Source: Pocillopora damicornis (Eukaryota). Taken from it: a DNA stretch of 64,000 nucleotides. The stretch lies in contig NW_020845867.1 of the NCBI RefSeq assembly GCF_003704095.1, positions 930,001 to 994,000 on the forward strand. Reading direction: 5' to 3'. Every line of letters begins with the position of its first letter. Position 1 is the stretch's first letter. The notes under the pieces were generated by a model, which saw nothing but the letters and a program-made list of their open reading frames with translations, ran no database searches and was not told where the DNA came from. This document shows, in pieces, positions 36,421 to 48,700 of the stretch. The position numbers and the translations under genes were made by a program.

Positions 36421-37394
36421 TAAATAAATTAATCTACTGTTTATTGAGGAGTTATTATTTTTACTCACCTTTGACTACAGGAATATGCTCGAAAATTTAA
36501 CTGGAACATTTCGAGTAGTTTTGACCTCTCGAACTAGAAGATGCGTCAATTTATACCGAAGATAATTAACGAGAACAACACAAAAGCGTCACTCCACATA
36601 AATAATTCACGATGTGGCTGAATCGAGCGGAGTTTTCTTTCATAAACAGTAATCAAAGGAAAATTTATGTTTGACAAAGAGAAACGTATCCAGACGGCCT
36701 GGTTTGTTGGTGTTTGTTCCAGCTCTGGGGAAATCTTTCTTTCAAATTAATTATTTGAGTCTAAGGGATATTTTTCGACATTCTGTCCTATAGTGATAAA
36801 TCTTCTTTTTGTATATATCTTTGTTGTTTTAGTGATTGAAAACAATTCGAAAAAATAATTTTTTTAATTCACCCTAAAAACCTCCTCTAAAACCCCGAAT
36901 ATATCTTAAGTTGAAAGCTGTCACGAGTCAACCACAACATTTGAAACCGACTTTCCCAATAGCTAGCTTGTTTTCCGGTAATTGGAAATACTTCTTGAAA
37001 GTTGAGACGTTTTTATCATGGTTTGGTATTAGTCAGCTTATAGCGTTGGTCAAGATGGTTTAGATTTCCTAACCAAGGCCTGTAATGCAAGCCTACGGGT
37101 TCCAACCACTGGTTTGAGGCTTTCAATGAAGATAATGGAGATTCAAGATTTAGACTCCAAGTAGAGAACATATGGCTTCGCCCCAGTCGACGCTGCCTCA
37201 GATCAAAGCCGATAGAGATTGGATACTAATCCCTATGAAGTCTGTTCATGCGCATCACCGGTCATCCCAGAATACTTTGTGGCTATCCTTTACGGATCTT
37301 TTGCGGACGTGGCGAACGAATAAACCTTCAAAATAGCTGTATTTTTGGCCTCTGAGAGGCCTGATTTACTGTGAAATAAGGTTTGATAGCCAAA

Positions 37395-40300
37395 ATGGTA
37401 AGTTTATTTATTGTTCTTTGTATCTATGTGCTTTTTAAGCGTAAAAATTGGGTTATTTCATTGTTATTTGTCGAAGTAAGCATCTCGTATGATACCATTT
37501 TAAAGTATTTTACCCACATGTCAGGCAATTTTCAAACTGGAATGCCAATCTGTGATTCGACGGGAGCGAGGAATTATTTCTATTTTATTACTAAACAGTT
37601 TACGGAGTATAATATTCACCTCTATCGTCGCGTCGTAGGATGACGAAGAGTGGTGAATCATCATTGAATAAAAGTTTAATAATGAGAAGTTAAAGATCAA
37701 GGCTTCTGTATCTTCCCGATTTTGTTTCACGAAGGCAAACGCTCAGACGTTCCTGCTCTCAACATTATTCTTTATAGGTTCTACTCGCTGCAGCAATATG
37801 TACGAAAACAGGAAAAGGTACGGTGACCCTATTACGTGTTTGTGACATGTTAAAAGAAGATTTGTTATGGCCCCACTGTTTGCCTTAATTACAAATCAAA
37901 CTAAATATAATTGTTAATAGAAGGAGAGAGTTGGTAAGTTTTTGAGCGTGGTTAAGAAATGAAGAAAGATGTTTTTTATCTTGTCACAAGCATGACACAA
38001 AGAAAAAAATTCTGAGCTCCTATGAGGAATCAAACCTCAGACCTTCAGATTCCGTGCTCTGATGCTCTACCACTGAGCCTCAGAGACTCTAAGGTGAGCA
38101 AGGCCCACTGTTAGGATCAGCAATGTCAATAGCATTGTGTTTGTAAACAGACTAAGAGAGACAGTAAGTTTTGGAGCTCAGTAAAGAAATAGAGAAAGAT
38201 ATTTTTCATCTTGTCACAGGTGTGGAATTGAAATGTGCTGTTAAATTGATTTGCTGACACTGTAAATATATTTTTCTCTTTATGGCACGAGTCTATTTAT
38301 CATGGAACCAAATTCCAAGATACTCACCAAGGCTATAATACAACATTGCCTTTTAACTCTTTGATTCCTAAGAGTGACTAGTATCTAACTTCTCCTAACA
38401 ATATCACCCTTGAATCATGGATGAAGGTAATGAGAATAAGGGTAATGATCACTAGCTAAAGAAACTCCTGATTGTCAGACAAATTCTTCTTGTTGGCAGC
38501 TTAGGGAATGTATAAAGAGCAGCATGGAGAATATGCATTCTGATCTTAGGATGTAAAGGGTTTCTGTACTGCAGTTTTTAAAGTCAAGAGTAAAATACAT
38601 TGCAACAACAACTTATACTCAGCAATATCACATATCAAACCATTATATGAAAAAAAATTTTGTCTTACTCCTACAGCCATTGTATCACGTCAGTTTGTGG
38701 AAATGACAAGGTCACGTGTAGAGGGCCTTCTTGCCGCATTTCCCAAATTAATGAATACTGGAAAGCAACACACATTCGTTGAAACAGAAAGCGTCAGATA
38801 TGTTTACCAGCCTCTAGAGAAACTCTATATGCTTCTTATTACTACCAAAGCTAGTAACATCTTGGAAGACTTGGAAACTTTACGACTATTCTCCAGAGTG
38901 GTATGCAATAGCATAGAAACATATACTGTTCTATTTCACATTGATTTTCTATTAGTATGAGATCAGAGACAGGGGTGTAGGATTCTGTTAATTCGCCTTA
39001 AAGGTGCTGTTGTCATTGTCTGTGGATGAAATTGCAACAACTTTAGCTGAACTCAACAGCAGAATCAAGTGCAGATTTTTTTTAGGCTGTTTGTGAAGTT
39101 GGATGGTCAATGAAATTACTTTCAGTTTGAGAGGTGCAAATTGATTGCTTAGAAGACTTTCCTATTTGATATTTGTTGAAAGGAGTTTTGTGATAGGATT
39201 GACAGTTTACCAGTTTAGTATGAGTTTCCATGAAAAGATATCTCCAACTGGCATACAGCCGTTTGTGTTCTTAGAAACCTCTTGTCTGTCTCTAGATTCC
39301 AGAATACTGCAAGGCAATGGAGGAATCTGAAATAGTTGAAAATGCATTTTCACTAATCTTTGCCTTTGATGAGATTGTTGCCCTTGGCTATCGTGAAAAT
39401 GTTAATCTTGCACAAATCAGAACATTCACTGAGATGGACAGTCATGAAGAGAAGGTGTTCCGTGCAGTGAGACAGGCAAGTTTATAAAATTACTTCTATC
39501 AATGCATCAAAGAACTGTTTTTGAGACACAATGTCTTAGATGTCGTCTCTAAATTTCAGTTTGTCTATTTGTTCTTCCTGGTGTTGTGAACTTTACTAAA
39601 ATTACAAGCATCTATCCAAACTTGAACTAACTACTTTGAAATAGAGAGACAGGGGAGCTGTTTGTGTGGTGAGGAGGGCTATATTGTGAATCGTAATAAT
39701 TTTTTCTCCATCTAAATATTGATTAGACACAAGAACGTGAAGCCAAGGAAGAGATGAAAAAGAAAGCAAAGGAGTTACAGGCAGCCAGAACAGCTGCTGC
39801 TCGTGGCAAAGGTGGCAAGGGACAGTTAGCTGGCTTTGGAGGTTTTGGTGGAGGAGGGCGTGATTCAAGTATTCCAGTGGCTAATGATGTCACAGTTATT
39901 GATCCTACGCCCCCTAAACCATCATATCCCACAAGGTTATTTACAGTTTTTTGTACATTGCTGCCTTTTTTTTTTTTGTTTTTTTTTTTTGAAGGTCAAT
40001 AATTCTCCCCTTGAAATAAAGGGTTCAGATAGAGCCAAGGAATTATTGATACTTGATAACCAGTGGGTATTATCTTTGTTTTGTTTCAGAACTGCTGGTA
40101 CTGGAAAGGCAATGAAATTAGGAAGCAAATCTAAGGATGTGGACAGTTTTGTGGACAAACTAAGATCAGAAGGAACAGGTGAGGAGAGATCCACTACCAA
40201 ATAAGATAGAGTGGAAGCAAAACAATCTGGAAAGGGCTGAAGATCATCTCTCTATAACATGGAATCACCTTGGGAGATAGAGATTCAAGGACTTTTTGTT

Positions 40301-43300
40301 GCCTGTTCATAATTGAAGCACTAATTTGTTGCAAGAGTGATGTTCCTTTGTTTGTTCTGTCTCAACTAGAGTTGAGAAAACTCACCACTAGTAATTTTTA
40401 TATTTTGTGATAGTTCTGTCGTAGTTCTCTGCATGAGCCCATGATATGAAGTCAGTAGTAACATTTCCCAACAGGAAAATGTGGTTGGGCGCATTTACAA
40501 AGGGGCATTTTTCTCCCTTATGAACAAGGATGTGTGGGGTTGGCTGGTGCTTTCCCTGTGATTTCTCTATCTTCTTCTTCTTTGCAATCTGCTCCTGAAA
40601 CTCTTGACAGGTCATGAAACTCTGCTTGGTTTTGTCATCTTTGCTGTTCTCACAGTTGTACTTGCTTGGGTTGTGAGGCTTACAACTTGTTATTTTGTTT
40701 CTCACAATAATTATTGCAACAGAAAAATGGTTATTTCTTTGCCACTGAGTGGATCTAAAATACTCATACAGAAAGAAGAAACTCACTGAACTGTTTAAAT
40801 GTTCTAATTTTCAGAGGTAGTAAGTTCCAAGACAAAATTATCATCAACTGGAAAGACACCAACAACACCATCTGTTCAAATGGGAAGGTAAGTGTTCTAA
40901 AAATGTTATATACCGGTTGATGAGTGTGGACAAAATGTTAACATCGTAATCAACACCTAGTTCATTGCATTTGAGTGATGATTCCTTTTGGGAGGTTACA
41001 ATAGCAAACTGCTTGGGTCATAAACGGAAAAAAAAAATGTAACCTCTCAAATGAGTCCTCAAAAGATCTGAATTAGGTGGGGTGCCCATAAGGATGTTAA
41101 AATGTTAGTCAAATCTTACCATTTATTTAGAGAACAGTCTGGAGAATATGCATGCTAGTGTTGAGGTGTAATCTTTTGCTTTTTATTTCAGTGTTCATAT
41201 AAAGGTTGATGAGAAGATCACACTAACTGCTGGAAGAGATGGGGGACTACAGAACATGGAAGTCAGAGGTCTTGTGCTTCTCAGAGTGTCTGATGCACAG
41301 TATGGAAAAATAAGACTCAGTGTTGAAAACAATGATGATAAAGGATTCCAAATGCAGGTACTGTTGTTTGTTGTTTAGTTCTGAGAATATGGCATTGAGC
41401 TCCAGGCTGAAATATTTTGCAAAATGCCATTTGGCAGTATCAAATCGCAAAAATTTTGTCTGATGAAGCTTACACTGGTCTTCTAATATTTGTTGATTTT
41501 GATTTTCAGACACATCCAAACATAGACAAGAAATTATTCAATCAAGAATCATTAATAGGACTCAAACAACCTAGCAAACCTTTCCCACTTAATAATGACA
41601 TTGGTGTATTAAAGTGGAGACTGCAGAGCACAGATGAAGGACTAATGCCATTATCAAGTAAGATTTTAGCACAATCGACACCTCACTTTTTAGAATTACT
41701 GTAGTGTTACTTTTTATACAAGATAAAACATCTAGCTATGCCAACATGAGCGGTTTGATGGCCCTGACATGTAGACTCCACTTGACTTCAGATTGAATCG
41801 TCCATGTGTGGGCCCCAAGTTGTATCAGGCTACAGAAATAATCTGCGAGTCCCTCTCAGGGGTTAAAGGGTGAAAGAAACGGGGATATGAGAGGGAGGCA
41901 CTTTCAGTTTGCTGACTTCACTTTTTCATTGTGTAAGATTCATTGTGTGTTTCACATCTCTTGCAGTCAACTGTTGGCCTTCAGAAAATGATGAACAATG
42001 TGATGTAAACATAGAGTATGAGCTTCTCCAAGAAAATCTGGAGCTGAATGATATTGTAATTTCAATTCCTGTTCCGTAAGTAGTCACTTATCTTCGTTTG
42101 TAAACAAGTGTGCTTGTGGTTGAATGTGAAAAGGGTTAGCATTCTATGCAGGAAGTTCAGATGTCAATTTGTCAATGTGTGTTAACCTTAAAGCAAATCA
42201 TGATGTTCTTCCCTCAGTAATAAGGCAAGTCAGTATGACAACATTGCTTGATTTGTAAAAGTATGAGGAAAAGAAACAGAGCTGTGAAACTGGTCACAGA
42301 TGAATGTGAAGTGGCTCGTAATTTTGACTCAAATATGGCATTTATTTTTACCTTATTTATTACATGTACCTGATAATTGGAAGGGATTCTTTTAGTGATT
42401 ACAAAGAGCAAGAAACTGCTATTGTAACTATTGGTTTAAGAAATTAATTACACAAAATAACATGGTTGAGTTTTTAATTTTAGAAGGTTGATATTTTAAG
42501 ATTGAGATTTTTTCAAAATTTGGTTTGCATGGTGATAGTTTTAATTGGTGACAGGACCTGCTGATGTTGTGGTAGATATGCAACAAGCTTCTGCAGTTTC
42601 TTTTTAACCATACTGAAAAGAAAGTGTATGAAGGAAATATTTGAGAAGACAGCCTTGTATTTAATGAAAAACAAATGGATGACATCAAAAAGTTTGTTGA
42701 TTTAGATATAAAGATATTAAAATATGATATATTTTAGTGAGGTGTGGAGCTGGTTTTCAGTGAAGCTTCTGTATGATATGTCAGAATTCAGACAGCAGAA
42801 ATATTTCAAAGTAATTTGAAATTGATTGTGAGAATAACAATTGTTTTTACTTTAGTCAAAATGCTTTATTGGGTGTGGTTGCAGGCACGGTGTTGGTGGA
42901 CCAGTTGTAGGAGAAGTGGATGGGGAGTACCACTATGATCACAAGCATTCTGTTCTTGAGTGGCAACTACCAGTAATAGATTCATCAAACAAGAGTGGTA
43001 GTATGGAGTTTAGCATTGCAGGACATCCTGGAGATTTCTTTCCTGTTTCAGTGACCTTCACATCAAGGAAATCGTATTGTGACTTGAAGGTATTTTCTGT
43101 CTTTTGCAATAGCATGCCAAAAAAATCACATACCTATAAGTTAAGCTGTAATAGTACAGACATATATCTTAATCTACCAGCTCAGACTTGCATTGGTGTA
43201 TTTTTGATCGTACTCTGGTACTGTTCAACCAAAATTTTTTTTGTCAGATGTTCAATAGAATTTACATAAAACAACTGGAAATCTTAAGTTTGTTTGCTGG

Positions 43301-43758
43301 GTCGTTTGTAGCTCACTAGCCAGGCATTTGATAAATAGTATTCTCACAGATACACTGCCCCCCTGATTTGTGTAAAAAAGTTTGGAGAAAAAGGTGCAGT
43401 TTATCCACTGGTGTTTATGGTACTTGCTGTGAAATGCACAGTCCACAGCTGTTTGCACAGTATTTAGGTCCCTTTGACATGGTTAGTTATGTGGTCCAAT
43501 GTAATTAATCTGATCAGTGTTGCCAGTAAAATAAAATTTTTATTTGATTTTTTCAGCCCTGGAAATCCCAAGAAATCTTTTATAGGTCCTCTCCTTCAAG
43601 AAATTTTATATTAGTGGAGACATGACAGTTGTAATCTAATCAAGATTTGTAACTTTGTGTATTTGCAGATAACAGAGATCACATCTGTAGATGATGAGAA
43701 ACCAGTGAAGTTTTCACAAGAAGTTGGGTTTTCAGTTGAAAAATATGAGATAGTATAA
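37395..43758 (+). CDS. ARCN1: Coatomer subunit delta (delta-COP/archain), 511 aa
   Basis: Exons 37395-37397 (ATG), 37778-37817, 38677-38900, 39296-39475, 39727-39935, 40090-40178, 40815-40887, 41192-41357, 41510-41657, 41967-42075, 42885-43089, 43669-43758. Recognised sequences: [82 protein letters not shown]. Total 1536 nt. Confidence 0.96.
37921..38225 (-). mobile_element. tRNA-derived SINE-like repeat
   Basis: Minus strand 38090-38014 has an A-box (ggctcagtggtagagca) and a decayed B-box (ggtttgattcc). It lies between two copies of gtaagtttt..gagc...aagaaat..agaaagat.ttttt.atcttgtcaca. Confidence 0.7.
38353..38562 (-). mobile_element. Same ~200-bp MITE family, reverse orientation
   Basis: ttaactctttga...caaattcttcttg...gtaaagggtt. 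Confidence 0.75.
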
Positions 43759-45118
43759 TCATTATGTCGACAAAAATACTGGAACTTATATTTTTTCTTT
43801 GGTAACATACAGTGCTGAGAACACTTTTTTCTGGAGGAAGATCTTACTTGCCAACATACCTTTTAAAAAATGTTATATATTTGGACTGAAGAATGGTAGA
43901 CAAATATCTAAAATTGGTAATTTGGTATTGTATAGCCATTTCCTTTAAGACCATATAATAGTGTTTGGCAGAGAAGAAAAATTTCATTGGAATGATGACC
44001 ATCACTCTATCCCAATTTTCACAAAGTTGACAGATCATTTGTACATGAGGTTCCTTATAAATAGTGAAAGATGTTTGACAAGTTAGTGTGCATCTCTCAA
44101 TTTCAGCCTTTGTTAGATTTTTCATACAATGCTACTCAGAAATTTCAATAACTTTTCCGTAAGTGGCTGTGGTTGTTGTTACAGGCAACAATGTCTGAAA
44201 AGTGGCCATAAGACAAACCCAAGCACAAGGGCCTTCCTGCAGGCCAAACAGACGGCAGTGAGAGGTTTTTAAGGTGGCTACAGATGGCTGGTTACCAGCT
44301 TTCATTGAAACCTTAGACTTCTCAGAAGGATTGTGCAATGAGCCATTGACAATAATTGATACTTCTTGGGCAAATTCAGTGACATCCCAAACTCCCAAAC
44401 AACAGCTACAAAGGAGATTCATCTAAGTTTTGGTTAAGTAATGGTAATTTCAGTGACAGCTCAGTTTGTTTTTACAGTTGAATCTTTCCATGGATGACAA
44501 CCTAGAAATTACCACATAACCGTTTTAGATCGGTATAGCCATCTCATAAAGAGGTGTATCTGTTGTATGGGGTTGTCTGTTACAGATCAGTACTCCAGGG
44601 TTGAGGTTCAATGGTGAACACATCTTCAGTCAGTGCCAGTTCATTGTTGAGTACTTTCAGTAGTAAGACCATCTCCAGAAGAGCAGCCCCTGTACAGTTG
44701 TTGCAAAGCAACAAAGTTACCCATCATGCATTATCATGTCATAGTTTTACTATCACTCCTTCTTATGCTATCACATTAAGTCCTTGTATTAACAAAATGA
44801 ATGAGAGAGATTTAAAAACTTAATTAATGCTGCTTGGAAGTCACACTGATGTTGTAGTTAGTCTACCATGCTCATTACATGGTATTTTTACTGGGGAGGA
44901 AAGAAATTAAAGTGAACAATAAAATTAAATGAATTATCATCATTGTATATGTTATTATTTCCCTTCATGTGTATGAAATAGCCACCTTTCTTCTTCAACT
45001 AATATGTGTCTGTTTGTTGGCTGACCTGCTGGTAGACTGTTCTAGTGTAGTTAATGTTAGTCAATACATCAGTTTCTTTTCATCACAAAAACATTTTCAG
45101 GAGCCAGCTCTGCTTTCT

Positions 45119-45320
45119 GTTAACACCCTAGCATTAGAATTTATATTCTCCATGCTTGTCTCTTTACATTTTCTTTTGGTACTGACAATGAGAGTTTGTT
45201 TGATGTCAAAACTTCTTGGTCTACCAGTCATTTCCTTCAATATCATGATCTTTATGGATTATTCAGCAGTAATATTGTAAGGAGAAATAAGATGCTGATT
45301 ACTCTTGGTAGGAGCTAACA
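45119..45320 (+). mobile_element. Same ~200-bp MITE family, degenerate copy between ARCN1 and DDX51
   Basis: atattctccat...ctgacaatgagagtttgttt...gtaaggagaaataagatgctg. Confidence 0.65.
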
Positions 45321-45788
45321 CCATTGCTGTCTTCTTTCTAGCTACTTTTTCCCCTCCCCCTGAATTTTCGTTCCACTCTTCCTGGTATTGTTCAACTACT
45401 GAGATTAAGACAGGTGAGTTTCCTTCTAGAAATAAGACCCTTTGGAATGAAAATATTTCCAAACTTTGTTCCTCTTGATCACAATTGACAAACAATGTGA
45501 CTGTATGAGATCACAAATTAAACATTTCTTCAATCGGTTCAATATTTGGATATTTTCAACCTTTTTCGCCCCTTGTGTATTAGTGACCTTGCACAACCTC
45601 TCAATTATTTCTTTATTTTCGCCAGCAGAAATTTTGCCCAGCGGACTGCATCTTCAGGCCCAGTTTCTCTCTTTATCACGTGGAAACATGGTGGACGAAA
45701 TGTTTAACTTTCACAGAGTGCTATAGTGGCTCTTGATTCGATCCCTTAATCTGAGTATAGCTGAAGTTTGAGAACAATTAAATACGAA

Positions 45789-48700
45789 ATGGATCTCTTC
45801 AGAGTGGAGAGATTTATGGGAGATGACGGAAATGAACCAGATCAAAGGGACGAATCAAGAAGACTTGCCCAGCTGCAACGTGATATCGCCGAAAGGAAGA
45901 GAAAAAGACAAATGTTAGAGCAGGATGGAGAGAGCTATGAAAGATCAAGCAAAATTAAATTTCCGGACTCTAATCAAATGAAATCTGATGTCCAAGAAGA
46001 GGTGAAATCAGGGAAGAAAGCCAAGAAAAAGAAACAAAAAACTGCGGAAGATAATTTGGAGAAGATAAAAGACAAATCGATGTCTAAGAATGGCTCAAAA
46101 GAGGAGAACGATGAGGTTAAAAATGATATTCCCATCGATGATTCACAGGAGGAAAGACTTGTTGAAGAGAATTCTGATAAGATAAAGTACAAAAAGATAT
46201 CAAAGAAAGGCTTAAAAAAAGAGAGGAAAGATGAAATTCAGAATGATAATCCCAACGATGATTCACAGAAGGACAGACTCTCTAAAAATGCCAAAACGAA
46301 GGCAGAAAAAAAGGACAACAAAAAGACTCTTTTGAACAATGAAAGTAAGGAAAGAGACTTTGAACAAGAGGATATTTCTCAAGAAAATGAGGACAATGTA
46401 AGAGAAATGTCAGGAGAAACACCACAAGAAAAAAGTGAAGAAACAGGGTTTACTGTGATTGGAGGCCAGAGGAAAAACAAAGAGCTTAAAAAAGTACAGA
46501 GAGTGTTACCTGATTGGCTTGCAAAACCTACGATTATTAACTCTGACTTGAGTGGTAATATGACTCCAGTTGACAAGATCCCTTACTTAGAATCTCATAT
46601 AGTCACAAAACTACAACACCATGATATAAATCACTTATTCCCTGTGCAGAGCATTGTCATCCCAGCAGTACTATCTCAAACAGATACAAACAGTTCATTG
46701 GGCAGAGGGGGCTATGCACCAGGTGATATCTGTGTCTCAGCCCCAACAGGAAGTGGCAAGACCCTTGCCTATGTATTACCAATTGTACAAATCCTAATGA
46801 AAAGGGTGGTTTGTCACTTGCGGGCATTGATCATCCTCCCTACAAAAGATCTGGCAAATCAAGTTAAACAAGTTTTTGAAATGTTCACAGAGGGTACAAA
46901 TTTGAGGGTAGGCCTAGCTTCAGGATCAAGTTCATTCTCAAAAAATCAGGAACAGCTTGTTAACCAAGGGTAAGTATTTTGTTTTACTTCAACAAAATAT
47001 GTTACCCATGACACATGTCAGCTTTGTGGCTGATGCTGAAGGAGGTTGGTGTTTCCTTGATGAAAGCAAAGGCTAAAGGAAATGGAAACTTCAAATCCTA
47101 ACAGCACTATCACTTTTGTCCATATAAACTGGATACCTCTCCATTAGTTACTGAGTGCCATGCAATACACAAGAATTACTCCATTCGTTTTCATTGTTTT
47201 TTTGTCTGCTATACATACTGTATCCATAGGAGATGTGCTGACTTAATGGTTAGTACATGTGTTGGATTCTAAGTCAAGAAGACTAGGTTTGAGACCTGGC
47301 TGGGTCATTGTGTTGTTTTCTTGTGCAGTACACTTTCCTCCTATAATGCCTCTCTCCACCCAAGAGTATAACTGGGTACTGGCAAATTGTCAGGGAAGCC
47401 TGATGAAATTCTGGGGGTAACCTTATGATGGACTGACATCCCACCCATGGTATGTAAACCGGGATAAGTTACCGCTGGATTGGCCACTTCTCTTGAGTAC
47501 AGAATTTACCTAATTACCTACCTACCTATTCACTGCATCCAGATGTCAAATAGGTGGATATGTGAGTTTGATGTTTGAGATCAATCTGTAAAGAAAAGTT
47601 TCCATTGTCTAGGATTGTACTCTCAAACTCTTTAACTTTGGGTAGTGACCAAGACAGAATTTCTCCTTAAAAAATATCAATACAATCTCAAGGAGACAAG
47701 TGACAAGAAGAAAGAAAAATATCAATAAGAGGATAATAGTTGATCCAATACCAAAAATCTCTGAACTAACATCAAAAAAACTTTGTGGCAGAAAGTGTGG
47801 AGAATTACTAATTAGATCTTGGGAGTGAAGGGAATAAATTAAAAGGCACGACTAATTTTTTGCTGCTCATGACAGTGGTTTTGCTTTGTTTTCAGCTCTT
47901 GTGGCAGTAGCAGTTGCATTGACATTCTTGTGTGTACTCCTGGTAGATTAGTTGATCACATTTCATCAACCCCAAATTTTACCCTTCATCACGTAAGATT
48001 CCTTGTGATTGATGAAGCTGATCGGCTTTTGAGTCAATCGTACCATGGCTGGCTTGGCAAAGTATTGAAAGCTGCCTACAACAAGCAATCTTTCACAAGT
48101 GACTTTTTCAACAGTGACAGGTACCAGATAACCCTTTGACTCCTAAGAATAACTAGCATCTAATTTCTCCTTACAATATCACCCTGAGTCAAACATAAAG
48201 GTCATGAGAATAAAGGAAATGATCACCAACTAAAGAGGCTTTTGATTGCTAAACAAATTCTCCTTGTCAGCACCTAAGGAAATGTATAAAGAACAGTATG
48301 GAGAACATGAATACTGATATTAGGGTGTAAAGGGTTAATGAGCTGAAAAGTTAGTTCAAGTATTACAGGAAACTCTTGTTATCTTGTGCCTGTAAAGATT
48401 TGGGGGAAAGGCATTGTAGGAGACTCTATTTGATAGGGACAAGTATATTTTGGGGGCTAAAGGTGTGTAAAAGGGTGGGATTTCACAGGATAAATTATAG
48501 AAAGGTTCTTTTGATACTGCCATCCCAACAAAATTTTTTCCCTCATTCCCCTCATTCTGATGTTTGGAAAGTTTAAACAACCTCAATCTTTGGACATCCT
48601 TGCAATCAAATTAAACTGACAACTCTGTTTTACATTTATAACTCTGTAAAGACCTTGTCAGATCACTGGTTTTGCACGCATGCATCTGGAATGTATCAAA

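Noticed and set aside
30766-36468. Several minus-strand GTRAGT donors as multiple alternative first exons of gene 3
   Set aside because: About five such hexamers in this much DNA is close to chance expectation. Only the TATA-associated one was kept, at low interest.
38014-38090. tRNA gene
   Set aside because: The B-box is decayed, the cloverleaf is poor, and it is embedded in a repeated unit, so it is better read as a SINE head.
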